Below, piece after piece: positions 7,494 to 15,691 of a stretch of 44,379 bases of DNA. The stretch is from a virus, in IMG/VR virus record IMGVR_UViG_3300045988_028516, positions 1 through 44,379 of that record, one strand, 5' to 3'. The first letter of the stretch is position 1. Each line of letters begins with the position of its first letter. Position numbers and translations under genes: made by a program. The notes beneath the pieces were generated by a model that made no database searches, was not told the origin of the DNA, and saw only the letters and a list, made by a program, of their open reading frames with translations.

Positions 7494-7507
7494 TGCCCCG
7501 GGCTTTT
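7479..7507 (+). terminator. Terminator hairpin overlapping the toxN stop codon
   Basis: AAGCCCGAGG, 7-nt loop, CCCCGGGCTT, then TTTT. Confidence 0.6.
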
Positions 7508-7508
7508 G

Positions 7509-7757
7509 CTATACGATATTCAGCCTTTTTGCCGTCCTGCGCGCCTCGTTTATGCTGTGTACAAGCCTCCGCGAGATCGTCGACCGGTCCATGTGCATCT
7601 CCGCCGCGATCTCAATCTGCGGCAGCCTGTCCATGACGTACATCCGCATGATCTGCCGATCTTCCCGGCCAAGCATCGCCTGCCCAAGGACGCGCTCCCA
7701 ATCGCCCGCCAGTAAGGTTTGCATCTCCACTGGTAGATTTACGCGCCCTCTTGCCAT
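7509..7757 (-). CDS. Small sigma-70 region-4-like HTH protein
   Basis: 82 aa. REDRQIMRMYVMDRLPQIEIAAEMHMDRSTISRRL resembles sigma region 4 / LuxR-type HTH. Confidence 0.55.
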   Translation of the reverse strand: MARGRVNLPVEMQTLLAGDWERVLGQAMLGREDRQIMRMYVMDRLPQIEIAAEMHMDRSTISRRLVHSINEARRTAKRLNIV

Positions 7758-7792
7758 TCGCGCCTCCTTTCGGCGCGCAGGACGGCGCAGGC

Positions 7793-8488
7793 TTACTTCG
7801 TTTCCAGCACGGCGATATTGCCCTTGTTGCTGACCTTCAGGCCGAGCGCTGCGGCGATGTCGCGCACCTTGACATAGTTTGTGCCGTTTTTCAGGATGCG
7901 CTCCACGGCGACCTCCTTGCCGTCCACGATCATTCTCGACTTTTCAACCACTTCATCATCAATCCTTTCCTTGAATCTCGCCCACTGCACGTTGCCGGAC
8001 GTGTTGTAGTGGGTGTTAATATCGTCCCCGACAAATGGCCTCGGGCACATCTTGCCCGACACGTCGTAGTGACGGATGACGTGATCCGCCGGGATGTTGT
8101 ACTGCTTCATGAGCCGCCGGATGAGCCACACGGCGTTTTCAAGCGTCTGCTCGTCAAAGTACCAGTCCGTGTCATACGCGCCGAGACGCGCCTTGTTGAC
8201 CTTCCTCGGGCGTACCTCCACGCCGATGGAATTCCAGTTCCGGCATTCCGGGTGCTTCTGTCCGTCTCCGCAGTGCCACGCAATGTCGGACTCCTTCACG
8301 CAGCGGTATATGACGTTGCCCTCATCCACGGCATAGTGGGCGCTGGCTCTGGCCTGCGGATTTTTAAACCACTCGGCCACGCTTGCCGCCGTGCCGAGCG
8401 CGCCGAAATAATGCACCACGATGTATTTCGGGCGGCAGCCGCCCTTGCTGTGGTTGCAGCTCGTCAGAGCGTCCTTAATTACCGGCAT
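7793..8488 (-). CDS. Endolysin: N-acetylmuramoyl-L-alanine amidase (Amidase_2/PGRP type) with a C-terminal wall-binding domain
   Basis: YIVVHYFGALG...SAHYAVDEG...IAWHCG...IGVE is the amidase_2 pattern. An alternative start exists at 8521. Confidence 0.88.
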   Translation of the reverse strand: MPVIKDALTSCNHSKGGCRPKYIVVHYFGALGTAASVAEWFKNPQARASAHYAVDEGNVIYRCVKESDIAWHCGDGQKHPECRNWNSIGVEVRPRKVNKARLGAYDTDWYFDEQTLENAVWLIRRLMKQYNIPADHVIRHYDVSGKMCPRPFVGDDINTHYNTSGNVQWARFKERIDDEVVEKSRMIVDGKEVAVERILKNGTNYVKVRDIAAALGLKVSNKGNIAVLETK

Positions 8489-8699
8489 CTCCCGCGCCGC
8501 CTCCTTTCTCGTCCACCGCATCCTGAAGCTTCTGGCTCTGCGTTCCGAAGTAGAACGCGATGATGACTGCGTAGATGGTCATGAAGTCCTGCGAGATCTT
8601 GCCAACGACCGCCATGTAGGCGAACACGCCCGTCAGCACCAGCGTCACCAGCGACTTCACGCTCAGCAGATTCCCCAGCCGTTTCTTGATATTATCCAT
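8475..8699 (-). CDS. Holin (two TM helices)
   Basis: ATG 8699 lies 7 nt after GGAGGG. 74 aa with two hydrophobic helices and a charged C-terminus, immediately upstream of the endolysin. Confidence 0.75.
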   Translation of the reverse strand: MDNIKKRLGNLLSVKSLVTLVLTGVFAYMAVVGKISQDFMTIYAVIIAFYFGTQSQKLQDAVDEKGGGAGDAGN

Positions 8700-8958
8700 C
8701 GTATGTCCCTCCATCTTCTTTGTCGTTCGGTTTTGCAAATACACGTTTTACAAGCAGGAGCAGCAGCTCCCCGCCGAAGGCCGCGCCCGCGAACACCAGC
8801 ACGTCCGAAAGGTCGCACGTCCGGTCGAGCAGCAGCGCCGCCGTCTTGACGACCATCGCCCACGCGAGCGCCGCCGTCAGCGCCCAGAGGCAGTAGTACA
8901 CCAGCTCCCGCGCCATCTTGCCCTTGGTCACGCGCGACTTCTTCACGATCTTCGGCAT
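8692..8958 (-). CDS. Holin-like / XhlB-like membrane protein
   Basis: 88 aa with two hydrophobic helices, lying between the XhlA-like gene and the holin. Confidence 0.6.
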   Translation of the reverse strand: MPKIVKKSRVTKGKMARELVYYCLWALTAALAWAMVVKTAALLLDRTCDLSDVLVFAGAAFGGELLLLLVKRVFAKPNDKEDGGTYDG

Positions 8959-8959
8959 T

Positions 8960-9259
8960 TCATCCACCCACCCCCAGCTTTGCCAGTGCAAAGCCGATCA
9001 GCCCCGCGATGAGCGCGGCAATGACGCCCTTCACGACCGCCTCCCAGCGGCTCCCCGGCAGCGCCTTGAGGCTTTTCACATCGGCCTTGATCTCGTTCAC
9101 GTTTTCCTCGATCGTCTCCTGCTTGGTGGCCAGAACCTCCACCGAGGTCGCCAGCTGATGCAGCGCCTTGTTGTCTGCCTCCAGCTCGTCGATCCTGTGC
9201 GAGTTGCTCTTGCATCGCGCCTCCACGGAGGCGATCTGCGCCTGAATCCCGTCTTCCAT
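8960..9259 (-). CDS. xhlA: XhlA-family lysis protein (coiled coil plus C-terminal TM helix)
   Basis: ATG 9259 lies 6 nt after AAAGGAG. A coiled coil is followed by VIAALIAGLIGFALAKL. The gene order resembles PBSX xhlA-xhlB-xlyA. Confidence 0.65.
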   Translation of the reverse strand: MEDGIQAQIASVEARCKSNSHRIDELEADNKALHQLATSVEVLATKQETIEENVNEIKADVKSLKALPGSRWEAVVKGVIAALIAGLIGFALAKLGVGG

Positions 9260-9289
9260 CTTGTGCTCCTTTCTCGCGGGCATTGCCCG

Positions 9290-11191
9290 TCATGTGATTT
9301 CTTCGTCCAGTGTTACGATCAGATCCGCGCCCTTGCCCTTGGCAGACACACGGAAATACTTCGCCCCCTGCGGCGGCGCAACATTCTCGTCCGTAGAAAA
9401 TGCCCCAGCGGCGTTCGGGTCCTCCACCTTGGTCGGGAAATAGATGCTGTTCCCGAGCTGATTGTAGCCAAGTACGTTTCCCTTCAGTGAAAAGTCTGCA
9501 TTGTACCACGCCAGCCTTGCGCCATATTCGTTCCATGCAATGCCGTCACCGCCGATGCGATAAATATGAACCGCGCCGCCGTCAAATGGGATAAAGCCGG
9601 TGGTCGTGAAGTGGCTGCTTGCCGACAATGCGCCGCTGGAGCTGAGCATCTGCCCATCCGTATACGGCGCAGAGGCCCCGCTCGTGTCCACAGCGATCGG
9701 GACAAGGTTATGATACGACACCACCTTTGTAGCCTTTGCCGTAATGACCACGTCGCCCGTGACCTTCGCGATGCGGATGACACCGGAGCTTTCCGTGTAG
9801 GCGGAGGCCGTGATGTCCACGCCGCCCATCGTGACCGAGACCGTCTCCATCGTGTAGCCGCTCACCGCCGAAAGCGCCGCCGTATATTCCGTGCCGTCCT
9901 CGGCAGCGACTGCGTCATTGCTCGTCGTCACATGCGTCAGCGTGTTCGTGATGCTGTGATAGACCGTTGCCGCGTACCCGATGGTTCTGTCCGTTCCTGC
10001 GCCGTAGCAGAACGAATAGATCACCTGCTCAGACGGATTGATGACGTTGATATTAAAGGCCGTGTCCTTGCCCGTTCCGGCCGTCTTGTCGTAGGCCGCG
10101 GGATCGCCGAATGAGATTCCGTACATGGTGACGACGCCGGAGTTGTTTCTGTAAAAACAGGCGTTCGGCGTGCACATCCGCCATGCGTCAAACTGTGTGC
10201 CTTTTCCGTTTTCCACGCTGTGGAGCTTTCCGAACTGGAAGCAGTGATTGTGCCCGTGGACATTTGCGACGAACTTCGCCGCGTTTTTCCCCTGAAAATT
10301 GATCCGTTCTCCTCCGACAACGGCTACTTCTCCATTCACATACGCCTTGACGATGTTTCCCGCGGGATACGCGCCGCCCAGATCGAGCGGATAGTGTGCC
10401 AGCACGAGGATGCCCCACTTGGCGGCATCGGCCTTGCCTCCCACATCGCTCAGCGTCTCCGCAAACCACATCAGCTGCGCACCGGAGAAGATTTTCGGAG
10501 CACTTGCGCCTCCCGTCGTCTCGCCCTCGCATGCGTTCAGACAGATCACGCGCAGCTTTCTGTCCGGAAAGTCCCGATAGCAGTAGCCGTATTCCGCGCT
10601 TCCGTAGACCGCGCCCTCGTTGTATTTCCCGATGTTGTTTTTCAGGAATGCCGCGCCGACAAGCGTGCTGTACTCTCCGGTGTCGTGGTTTCCGACCGTT
10701 CGGAACTGCGGCACATCGCGCCATGCCTCACCGAGCCAGCCGTTGATCTCGTCAAACTGTGCCTGCATCAGTTCGGTCGTGGTCTTTGCGTTTCCGAACG
10801 TCACATCGCCGAGCATACACGCAAAATCGAGCCTCGGCAGACTGTACGCCAGCACCTTGAGCGCCATGCAGGCGTGCAGATTTCCGGCGTTGATGTTCGT
10901 CTGCCAGCCGTCTGTCTGCGGCCCGGCGTGGTGAAAGTCGGAGACCGCCGCAAATACGATGCTGTCGTCTTTCAAGACACGCCTGACCTTCTCCGCCACC
11001 GAAAGCGCCTCATCCTTCACATAGTCCGGAATCTCCGCGTGCTGTATGCTTTCTTTTGCCGAAATCGCATCCACCGCATCTCCGAAGCCCTTTGCGTCGT
11101 CCCAAGTGAGCTTTGCCGCCGAGCCGGTTTTTGCGCGAATCCGGTCTGCCGTGTGGGTCAGCGCCGCACCGTTTGTCAGATATTCACTCAA
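9290..11191 (-). CDS. Tail-associated protein with an N-terminal calcineurin-like metallophosphoesterase domain
   Basis: Motifs VSDFHH, GDVTFGN, GNHD, VLAHYP and HGHNH, followed by beta-rich C-terminal domains. It is the last structural gene before the lysis cassette. Confidence 0.75.
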   Translation of the reverse strand: MSEYLTNGAALTHTADRIRAKTGSAAKLTWDDAKGFGDAVDAISAKESIQHAEIPDYVKDEALSVAEKVRRVLKDDSIVFAAVSDFHHAGPQTDGWQTNINAGNLHACMALKVLAYSLPRLDFACMLGDVTFGNAKTTTELMQAQFDEINGWLGEAWRDVPQFRTVGNHDTGEYSTLVGAAFLKNNIGKYNEGAVYGSAEYGYCYRDFPDRKLRVICLNACEGETTGGASAPKIFSGAQLMWFAETLSDVGGKADAAKWGILVLAHYPLDLGGAYPAGNIVKAYVNGEVAVVGGERINFQGKNAAKFVANVHGHNHCFQFGKLHSVENGKGTQFDAWRMCTPNACFYRNNSGVVTMYGISFGDPAAYDKTAGTGKDTAFNINVINPSEQVIYSFCYGAGTDRTIGYAATVYHSITNTLTHVTTSNDAVAAEDGTEYTAALSAVSGYTMETVSVTMGGVDITASAYTESSGVIRIAKVTGDVVITAKATKVVSYHNLVPIAVDTSGASAPYTDGQMLSSSGALSASSHFTTTGFIPFDGGAVHIYRIGGDGIAWNEYGARLAWYNADFSLKGNVLGYNQLGNSIYFPTKVEDPNAAGAFSTDENVAPPQGAKYFRVSAKGKGADLIVTLDEEIT

Positions 11192-12255
11192 AACGACGCA
11201 CCTCCCGCCGAAGGAACGGCCTCCGCCGTCCAGACTCCGTTCACGACCCGCAGGAACTTTCCGTTGTCCGCCGCCGTCACCGCAGGCGTCCCCGGCTCTC
11301 CTTTCGGGCCTCGTTCTCCGGCAGGGCCCTGTTCACCGCGCGGCCCCTGCACACCGGGGTCGCCCTTGTCGCCCTTCGGGCCTTGCGGGCCTCTCTCGCC
11401 CTGCGGGCCGGTCTCGCCCGGAATGCCCTGCGGTCCCTGAATGCCCTGTGGGCCTCGCTCGCCCTGCGGGCCAGTGTCGCCTTTCGCTCCGTCAGCACCC
11501 TTTTCGCCCGGAACACCCTGCGGGCCAGTGTCGCCCTTCAAGCCCTGTTCGCCTTGAGGCCCCGTTTCTCCGCGAGGGCCTTGTGGGCCTGTATCTCCCT
11601 TGGGGCCAGCGGGGCCTTGTGCGCCGTCAGCACCCTTCTCGCCGGGAATGCCCTGCGGGCCTGCTTCGCCCTTTGGGCCAGCTTCTCCCTTAAGCTCGCT
11701 CACGGCAATCAGGTTTTCCCACGTAACGCCGTCGTTAGAATACTGGATGTACCCGCCGGATACCCGCATATCAATCGTGCCGCCGCCGGAGCCGCCGCCC
11801 GTGCGCGCTGCCTCGTTGATCGCGGCAACAAGATTCTCCTTCGCTTTGGTGGTCAGCTTCGACAGGTCGCCGATTTGCGTCTGAATCGCCTCGAACCATG
11901 CCTTGCTCGGCGCGTCGGGCGCTTCCTCACCAGCCTCAAGCGCTTTCACAACAAAGAAGTCAAACTTATCGGATTTCGCAAGGGTATTCCCGACAAGCCA
12001 CTGTAATTCACACTGCCCGAAGCCTGCTTTCTCCGTATCTGCGCGTGTGACAGCCCAGTACGCCGTGTCAGCCTCGATTGTAAGCGGAACGGGATACGCG
12101 GCGGCGTCACCCTTTCGACGCGCCAGAAGCGCAGGACCGCCGTCAGGGAAGGTCTCTTTGAACGGGAGCAGAGAAAAGGCTACGCGAACAGCCTCGTTTT
12201 CTCCCGTGTGCCCCAGCTTGATAGGTGCACGATGTGTTGCTTTCATTTCAATCAT
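11188..12255 (-). CDS. Collagen-like (GXY repeat) tail fibre / baseplate upper protein-like
   Basis: About 45 uninterrupted Gly-X-Y triplets (GEAGPKGEAGPQGIPGEKG...). The N-terminus resembles the BppU N-domain. Confidence 0.8.
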   Translation of the reverse strand: MIEMKATHRAPIKLGHTGENEAVRVAFSLLPFKETFPDGGPALLARRKGDAAAYPVPLTIEADTAYWAVTRADTEKAGFGQCELQWLVGNTLAKSDKFDFFVVKALEAGEEAPDAPSKAWFEAIQTQIGDLSKLTTKAKENLVAAINEAARTGGGSGGGTIDMRVSGGYIQYSNDGVTWENLIAVSELKGEAGPKGEAGPQGIPGEKGADGAQGPAGPKGDTGPQGPRGETGPQGEQGLKGDTGPQGVPGEKGADGAKGDTGPQGERGPQGIQGPQGIPGETGPQGERGPQGPKGDKGDPGVQGPRGEQGPAGERGPKGEPGTPAVTAADNGKFLRVVNGVWTAEAVPSAGGASF

Positions 12256-12267
12256 TTTTTCACCGCC

Positions 12268-12840
12268 TTATGTCCCTGTGATTATAACTGTGTATAGTGC
12301 GGTATCCTCAAACAAGATGTTGTTGAAACCTATAATAATGTGATTTCCACTGATGTTGGCAATCGGAACTCCAACGCGAGATATATCCCACTTCGGTGTA
12401 TTCGTTCCGACAACCGCTGCGGCGTCAGTTCTATCGTTGTCCCACGCAAAAATCGCGCAATGGTTTTCTGGGATTTCGCTTGTGTTTCTTGCGGAAATCG
12501 TGACGCTTTCCACGTGTTGGAGTCCAACGTTATCCGTGTCTAATATGTCAAACGTCCTTTCTGTTTGTGGGTAAACGCTTTTCACGATTGCTTTCTTGCC
12601 GCTTGCAGGGTTTACGGTCACTCTATAAAGCCCATAGTATTGGCTATCTGCGTAAACAGTCTGCTGGGTCGAATTCGGTGTAACAGTCTTGCTTTGCAGA
12701 AGCGCGGCGTTCACGGTTACTTTGCTGAGTCCGTCATTCCCTGCGTCCGGCGTAACGACCTGCTGAGAACCAGACGGGGAAACTGTTTTCTCCTGCAAGG
12801 TCGGAGCGCCGCCGCCGACCATGTTGATAACATTCGCCAT
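12268..12840 (-). CDS. Hypothetical tail/baseplate protein
   Basis: ATG 12840 overlaps the upstream stop (TAATG). 190 aa with an internal duplication: KTVSPSGSQQVVTPD and KTVTPNSTQQTVYAD. Confidence 0.6.
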   Translation of the reverse strand: MANVINMVGGGAPTLQEKTVSPSGSQQVVTPDAGNDGLSKVTVNAALLQSKTVTPNSTQQTVYADSQYYGLYRVTVNPASGKKAIVKSVYPQTERTFDILDTDNVGLQHVESVTISARNTSEIPENHCAIFAWDNDRTDAAAVVGTNTPKWDISRVGVPIANISGNHIIIGFNNILFEDTALYTVIITGT

Positions 12841-13526
12841 TACTGCACCCTCACTCTCAAGACCTGCACAGACAAATTCGTTGTTGGCACGGTATCGCAT
12901 ACAAACGTCATCGAGCCGTTAACCGTAACGTCCTTTGCCTTGATTTTCGACTTGCTGTACGCGTCTGCATTCCCCCACGTCGGCGCGACAATGTACTTAT
13001 AGCCAGTGTTCAAAAACAGGCTGTTCGAAACAGTCTGCTGTTTGTTCGACCAGCCACCAGTGCTTAAAACAATGTCAAACGCTTTCGGGGTGGTATAAGC
13101 CGCGATGCCGCCTGCGCCCTTGATGGCATGGTCTGCGTCGTAATCGGAAGAAAGCATATCACCCGTGCCAGCTCCGGAAGCGCCCCGGCAGTATCCCGCA
13201 TCCTTTGTCGTGCCGTCCGAAAAGCTGAGAATCAAATGATACTGCGAATCGATAGACGCGCCTGTGACGGATACGCCGTCATTTCCCGTGACTTTGCCAG
13301 CATCAATATTTGCTCCGCTCGTCGTATGCAGAATCAGATGCCCGGCGGCATTGACCGTAGCATTGTTGATTTTCGCCGCTTCCACACCTGCCGCTCGCGC
13401 AAGTTCTTTCAGCGTCGAGCCTCGAATGACCTTCGTTATTCCAGTCTGCGAAACAAGAAGGAGGTCATTATCACCAAAACTGGAAGCAACGTTGAAGTCG
13501 GATATTTTCTTGTACACATCAGCCAT
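12840..13526 (-). CDS. Hypothetical tail fibre / receptor-binding-like protein
   Basis: 228-aa Gly/Thr/Ser-rich beta-type ORF in the tail-tip gene block. Confidence 0.6.
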   Translation of the reverse strand: MADVYKKISDFNVASSFGDNDLLLVSQTGITKVIRGSTLKELARAAGVEAAKINNATVNAAGHLILHTTSGANIDAGKVTGNDGVSVTGASIDSQYHLILSFSDGTTKDAGYCRGASGAGTGDMLSSDYDADHAIKGAGGIAAYTTPKAFDIVLSTGGWSNKQQTVSNSLFLNTGYKYIVAPTWGNADAYSKSKIKAKDVTVNGSMTFVCDTVPTTNLSVQVLRVRVQ

Positions 13527-13671
13527 TGTCTATCACCTCTTTCTCAGCGGAAATGAGCTTGTCCAGTTCGTTATTGATTGCCACAACGGCGTAGCAATCG
13601 TCGCGCCCTGAAACGCGGATTTTATTCAGCGTTTCCTTGATCGCGACAAGGGATTTCAGTTTTTCGCTCAT
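13519..13671 (-). CDS. Small hypothetical protein (50 aa), translationally coupled on both sides
   Basis: ATGA overlap with the upstream stop, and the ORF's stop overlaps the next ATG. Translation: MSEKLKSLVAIKETLNKIRVSGRDDCYAVVAINNELDKLISAEKEVIDNG. Confidence 0.45.
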   Translation of the reverse strand: MSEKLKSLVAIKETLNKIRVSGRDDCYAVVAINNELDKLISAEKEVIDNG

Positions 13672-15308
13672 ATTACCGTCCCTGTTCCATTCTTAAATTT
13701 CTTGATCGTGTGATTCGTAAAGTCAATTAAGAATCCGTCTCGCCAGTTCCGGTCTCCTATCCAAAGCCTGTGTGCGGATTCCTCAAAGACCTTCTGCACG
13801 ATTCCCGGCGTCGTATTACCTAGTTCCAAGGTAGGCGAATCATTGATTACCGCGAGTCCCATTTTGAAGGTGTTGTCCGTGTAGACCTCAAGACCAGTCG
13901 CAGTGATCTTCGCATACTCTTTTCTCGACTCCTGCGCGTAGATGTTGCAGCCTACAATGTCGATACCATAAAGAGAACCTACCGTGATCTCGTCCGCGTT
14001 TATGTTCTTTACGGCGATTTTATCCGCATCGATAGAGCCGATTTTCACGTCGCCAGTGATGGATACGCCGTCCTTCGACAGCGTGATAGATGCGCCGTTC
14101 TCGCCTGCGGTATAGGAAAGACTGAGGTTATTTAGATTCAGGTCTATCGCGGCCTGAACGTCCGCTGCGTCGGCCTTGCCTTCTACGGAGAGACGGATTT
14201 GTTCGGTGGTCTTTTCAATGCGGCTCTGACTTGTGGCAAGGCGGCGTTCCTCTCGCGTCCTAGACTGATATGGATATTCGTGGTTTACCTCCATATCAAT
14301 CGGTGCTTCAATGTTCGCACCCATGGAAACGCCGATTGTAAAGACAGCAGAGGCTAAAATGGCGGGATTCCCGTTCGGGCTGACGCTATCTCCAAGTTCC
14401 AGTGCAGGGTTTATGAATGCCGTCCCAGCGCTGTATGGCAGGTATCGCACGCCGTTCAGAATGCCTTTTACATAATTGCAAATGTCCTGCGTAGCATAGA
14501 TGCAGTCCGCTTGAATTTCGTATCCGGATGTTCCGGAGCTGTACTGTGTGTTCCCGTCTGGATACAGCGTGACCTTCCCGATGGCCTGAACATCGGAAAG
14601 AATGTCAAGAGACGCAACGCGCGTTTTCTCAACCGTTGCCGGAGACGTGATTCGGATAAGCCGGAGCTTGTTATTTTCGGTAATAACGAAGTTGCCGCCG
14701 GATGCCGCCGCAATCCCGCAAAGCACCTCGCGCATCGTGTAAAGCCCAACAGGGCTGTCAATGCTGTACGGGGCTATCTGGTTTCGGCTATCGACCTGAA
14801 TGCCAATAGCGTTTGCTATGTACGACACAGCATTACTCATGGTCATAGAGCCAGCAGAAGAAGGGAAGTCCTGCTCTGCTGTAAGCATTTTGTCGTATGC
14901 TGTGATGGTCATAAGACCGTTTGCCGCGATTTCCCTCGTGTCGATAAAGAACGTTCCGAATGGAATCCAGTCTGTACCGACAGAGTATGTTGAGGCGAGT
15001 ACAAAGCCGTCATCTGTTTTAATGACATTTGATGCCTCGTCAGTGATGACCGTCGTAGGGTCATAATTCGTCAGTCTGACATAGCACTCTATCTTTGCCG
15101 CAGGGGGGATTGCCCCCTGCGGTCTAAACACCATGTCGAGCATTGCCGACGTTGCCTGACCAATGGTCAGTTTGTCCATCATGGACTTTGTGATTTGTGC
15201 GGATTTGATAGAGCCGTAGGTGTATGTTGCGCCGTTTATAACCGCCTTGAACTCGGTTCTGTGGTCGAGATTGAAAACGTCGTTCCAATTACTCGGGACT
15301 GTCTGCAT
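13668..15308 (-). CDS. Tail tip / Tal-like minor structural protein
   Basis: 546 aa, positioned after the Dit-like gene and the tape measure gene. Confidence 0.65.
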   Translation of the reverse strand: MQTVPSNWNDVFNLDHRTEFKAVINGATYTYGSIKSAQITKSMMDKLTIGQATSAMLDMVFRPQGAIPPAAKIECYVRLTNYDPTTVITDEASNVIKTDDGFVLASTYSVGTDWIPFGTFFIDTREIAANGLMTITAYDKMLTAEQDFPSSAGSMTMSNAVSYIANAIGIQVDSRNQIAPYSIDSPVGLYTMREVLCGIAAASGGNFVITENNKLRLIRITSPATVEKTRVASLDILSDVQAIGKVTLYPDGNTQYSSGTSGYEIQADCIYATQDICNYVKGILNGVRYLPYSAGTAFINPALELGDSVSPNGNPAILASAVFTIGVSMGANIEAPIDMEVNHEYPYQSRTREERRLATSQSRIEKTTEQIRLSVEGKADAADVQAAIDLNLNNLSLSYTAGENGASITLSKDGVSITGDVKIGSIDADKIAVKNINADEITVGSLYGIDIVGCNIYAQESRKEYAKITATGLEVYTDNTFKMGLAVINDSPTLELGNTTPGIVQKVFEESAHRLWIGDRNWRDGFLIDFTNHTIKKFKNGTGTVI

Positions 15309-15316
15309 AGAATCAC

Positions 15317-15682
15317 CTACTTTTCAACAAGCGGGAACGTAATCCCGTTCCAAAACTCGCGTCCGTCCGGCTTCTTCATACAGAAAGATGCCGGGTTGTT
15401 GTTAGAGTACATTGTTTTCGTTACAATGCGCCCTTCCTGTGGGTCTGTATACTCGACCTGCACAAAAACCGGCATGATCGCGGTTAGAAGCTCAGACGCT
15501 TCGGAAAGAAGAAGCGGGCGGCATGTAATGTCAATTCTGACCTTTGTTGCAACGCGGGTGCGCTCCATAACACCGTCAAGCATACGCCCGGTGTCAGGCG
15601 AGTCAACGTCGTTTCTCGTCCACTTAAAGCCGCCGAATGCAATGTAATCGGTTATGTCCAAACCATTTATCTTTACTTTCAT
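15317..15682 (-). CDS. Distal tail protein-like (small)
   Basis: 121 aa, immediately downstream of the tape measure gene. Confidence 0.55.
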   Translation of the reverse strand: MKVKINGLDITDYIAFGGFKWTRNDVDSPDTGRMLDGVMERTRVATKVRIDITCRPLLLSEASELLTAIMPVFVQVEYTDPQEGRIVTKTMYSNNNPASFCMKKPDGREFWNGITFPLVEK

Positions 15683-15691
15683 ACGGCCTCC

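Noticed and set aside
7751-8563. 270-aa plus-strand ORF
   Set aside because: It is antisense to the amidase endolysin, which has unambiguous catalytic motifs.
10220-11440. 406-aa plus-strand ORF, with overlapping 215- and 297-aa ORFs up to 12006
   Set aside because: It is antisense to the metallophosphoesterase and collagen-like genes. The translation is low-complexity and Pro/Arg/Ser/Ala-rich, being the reverse reading of GXY codons. There is no SD. The minus-strand ORFs carry clear domain motifs.
11277-11700. Highly repetitive DNA that might be a tandem repeat or CRISPR-like array
   Set aside because: The periodicity is 9 nt or multiples of it, from in-frame Gly-X-Y collagen-like codons inside a long ORF. 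It is a coding repeat, not an array.
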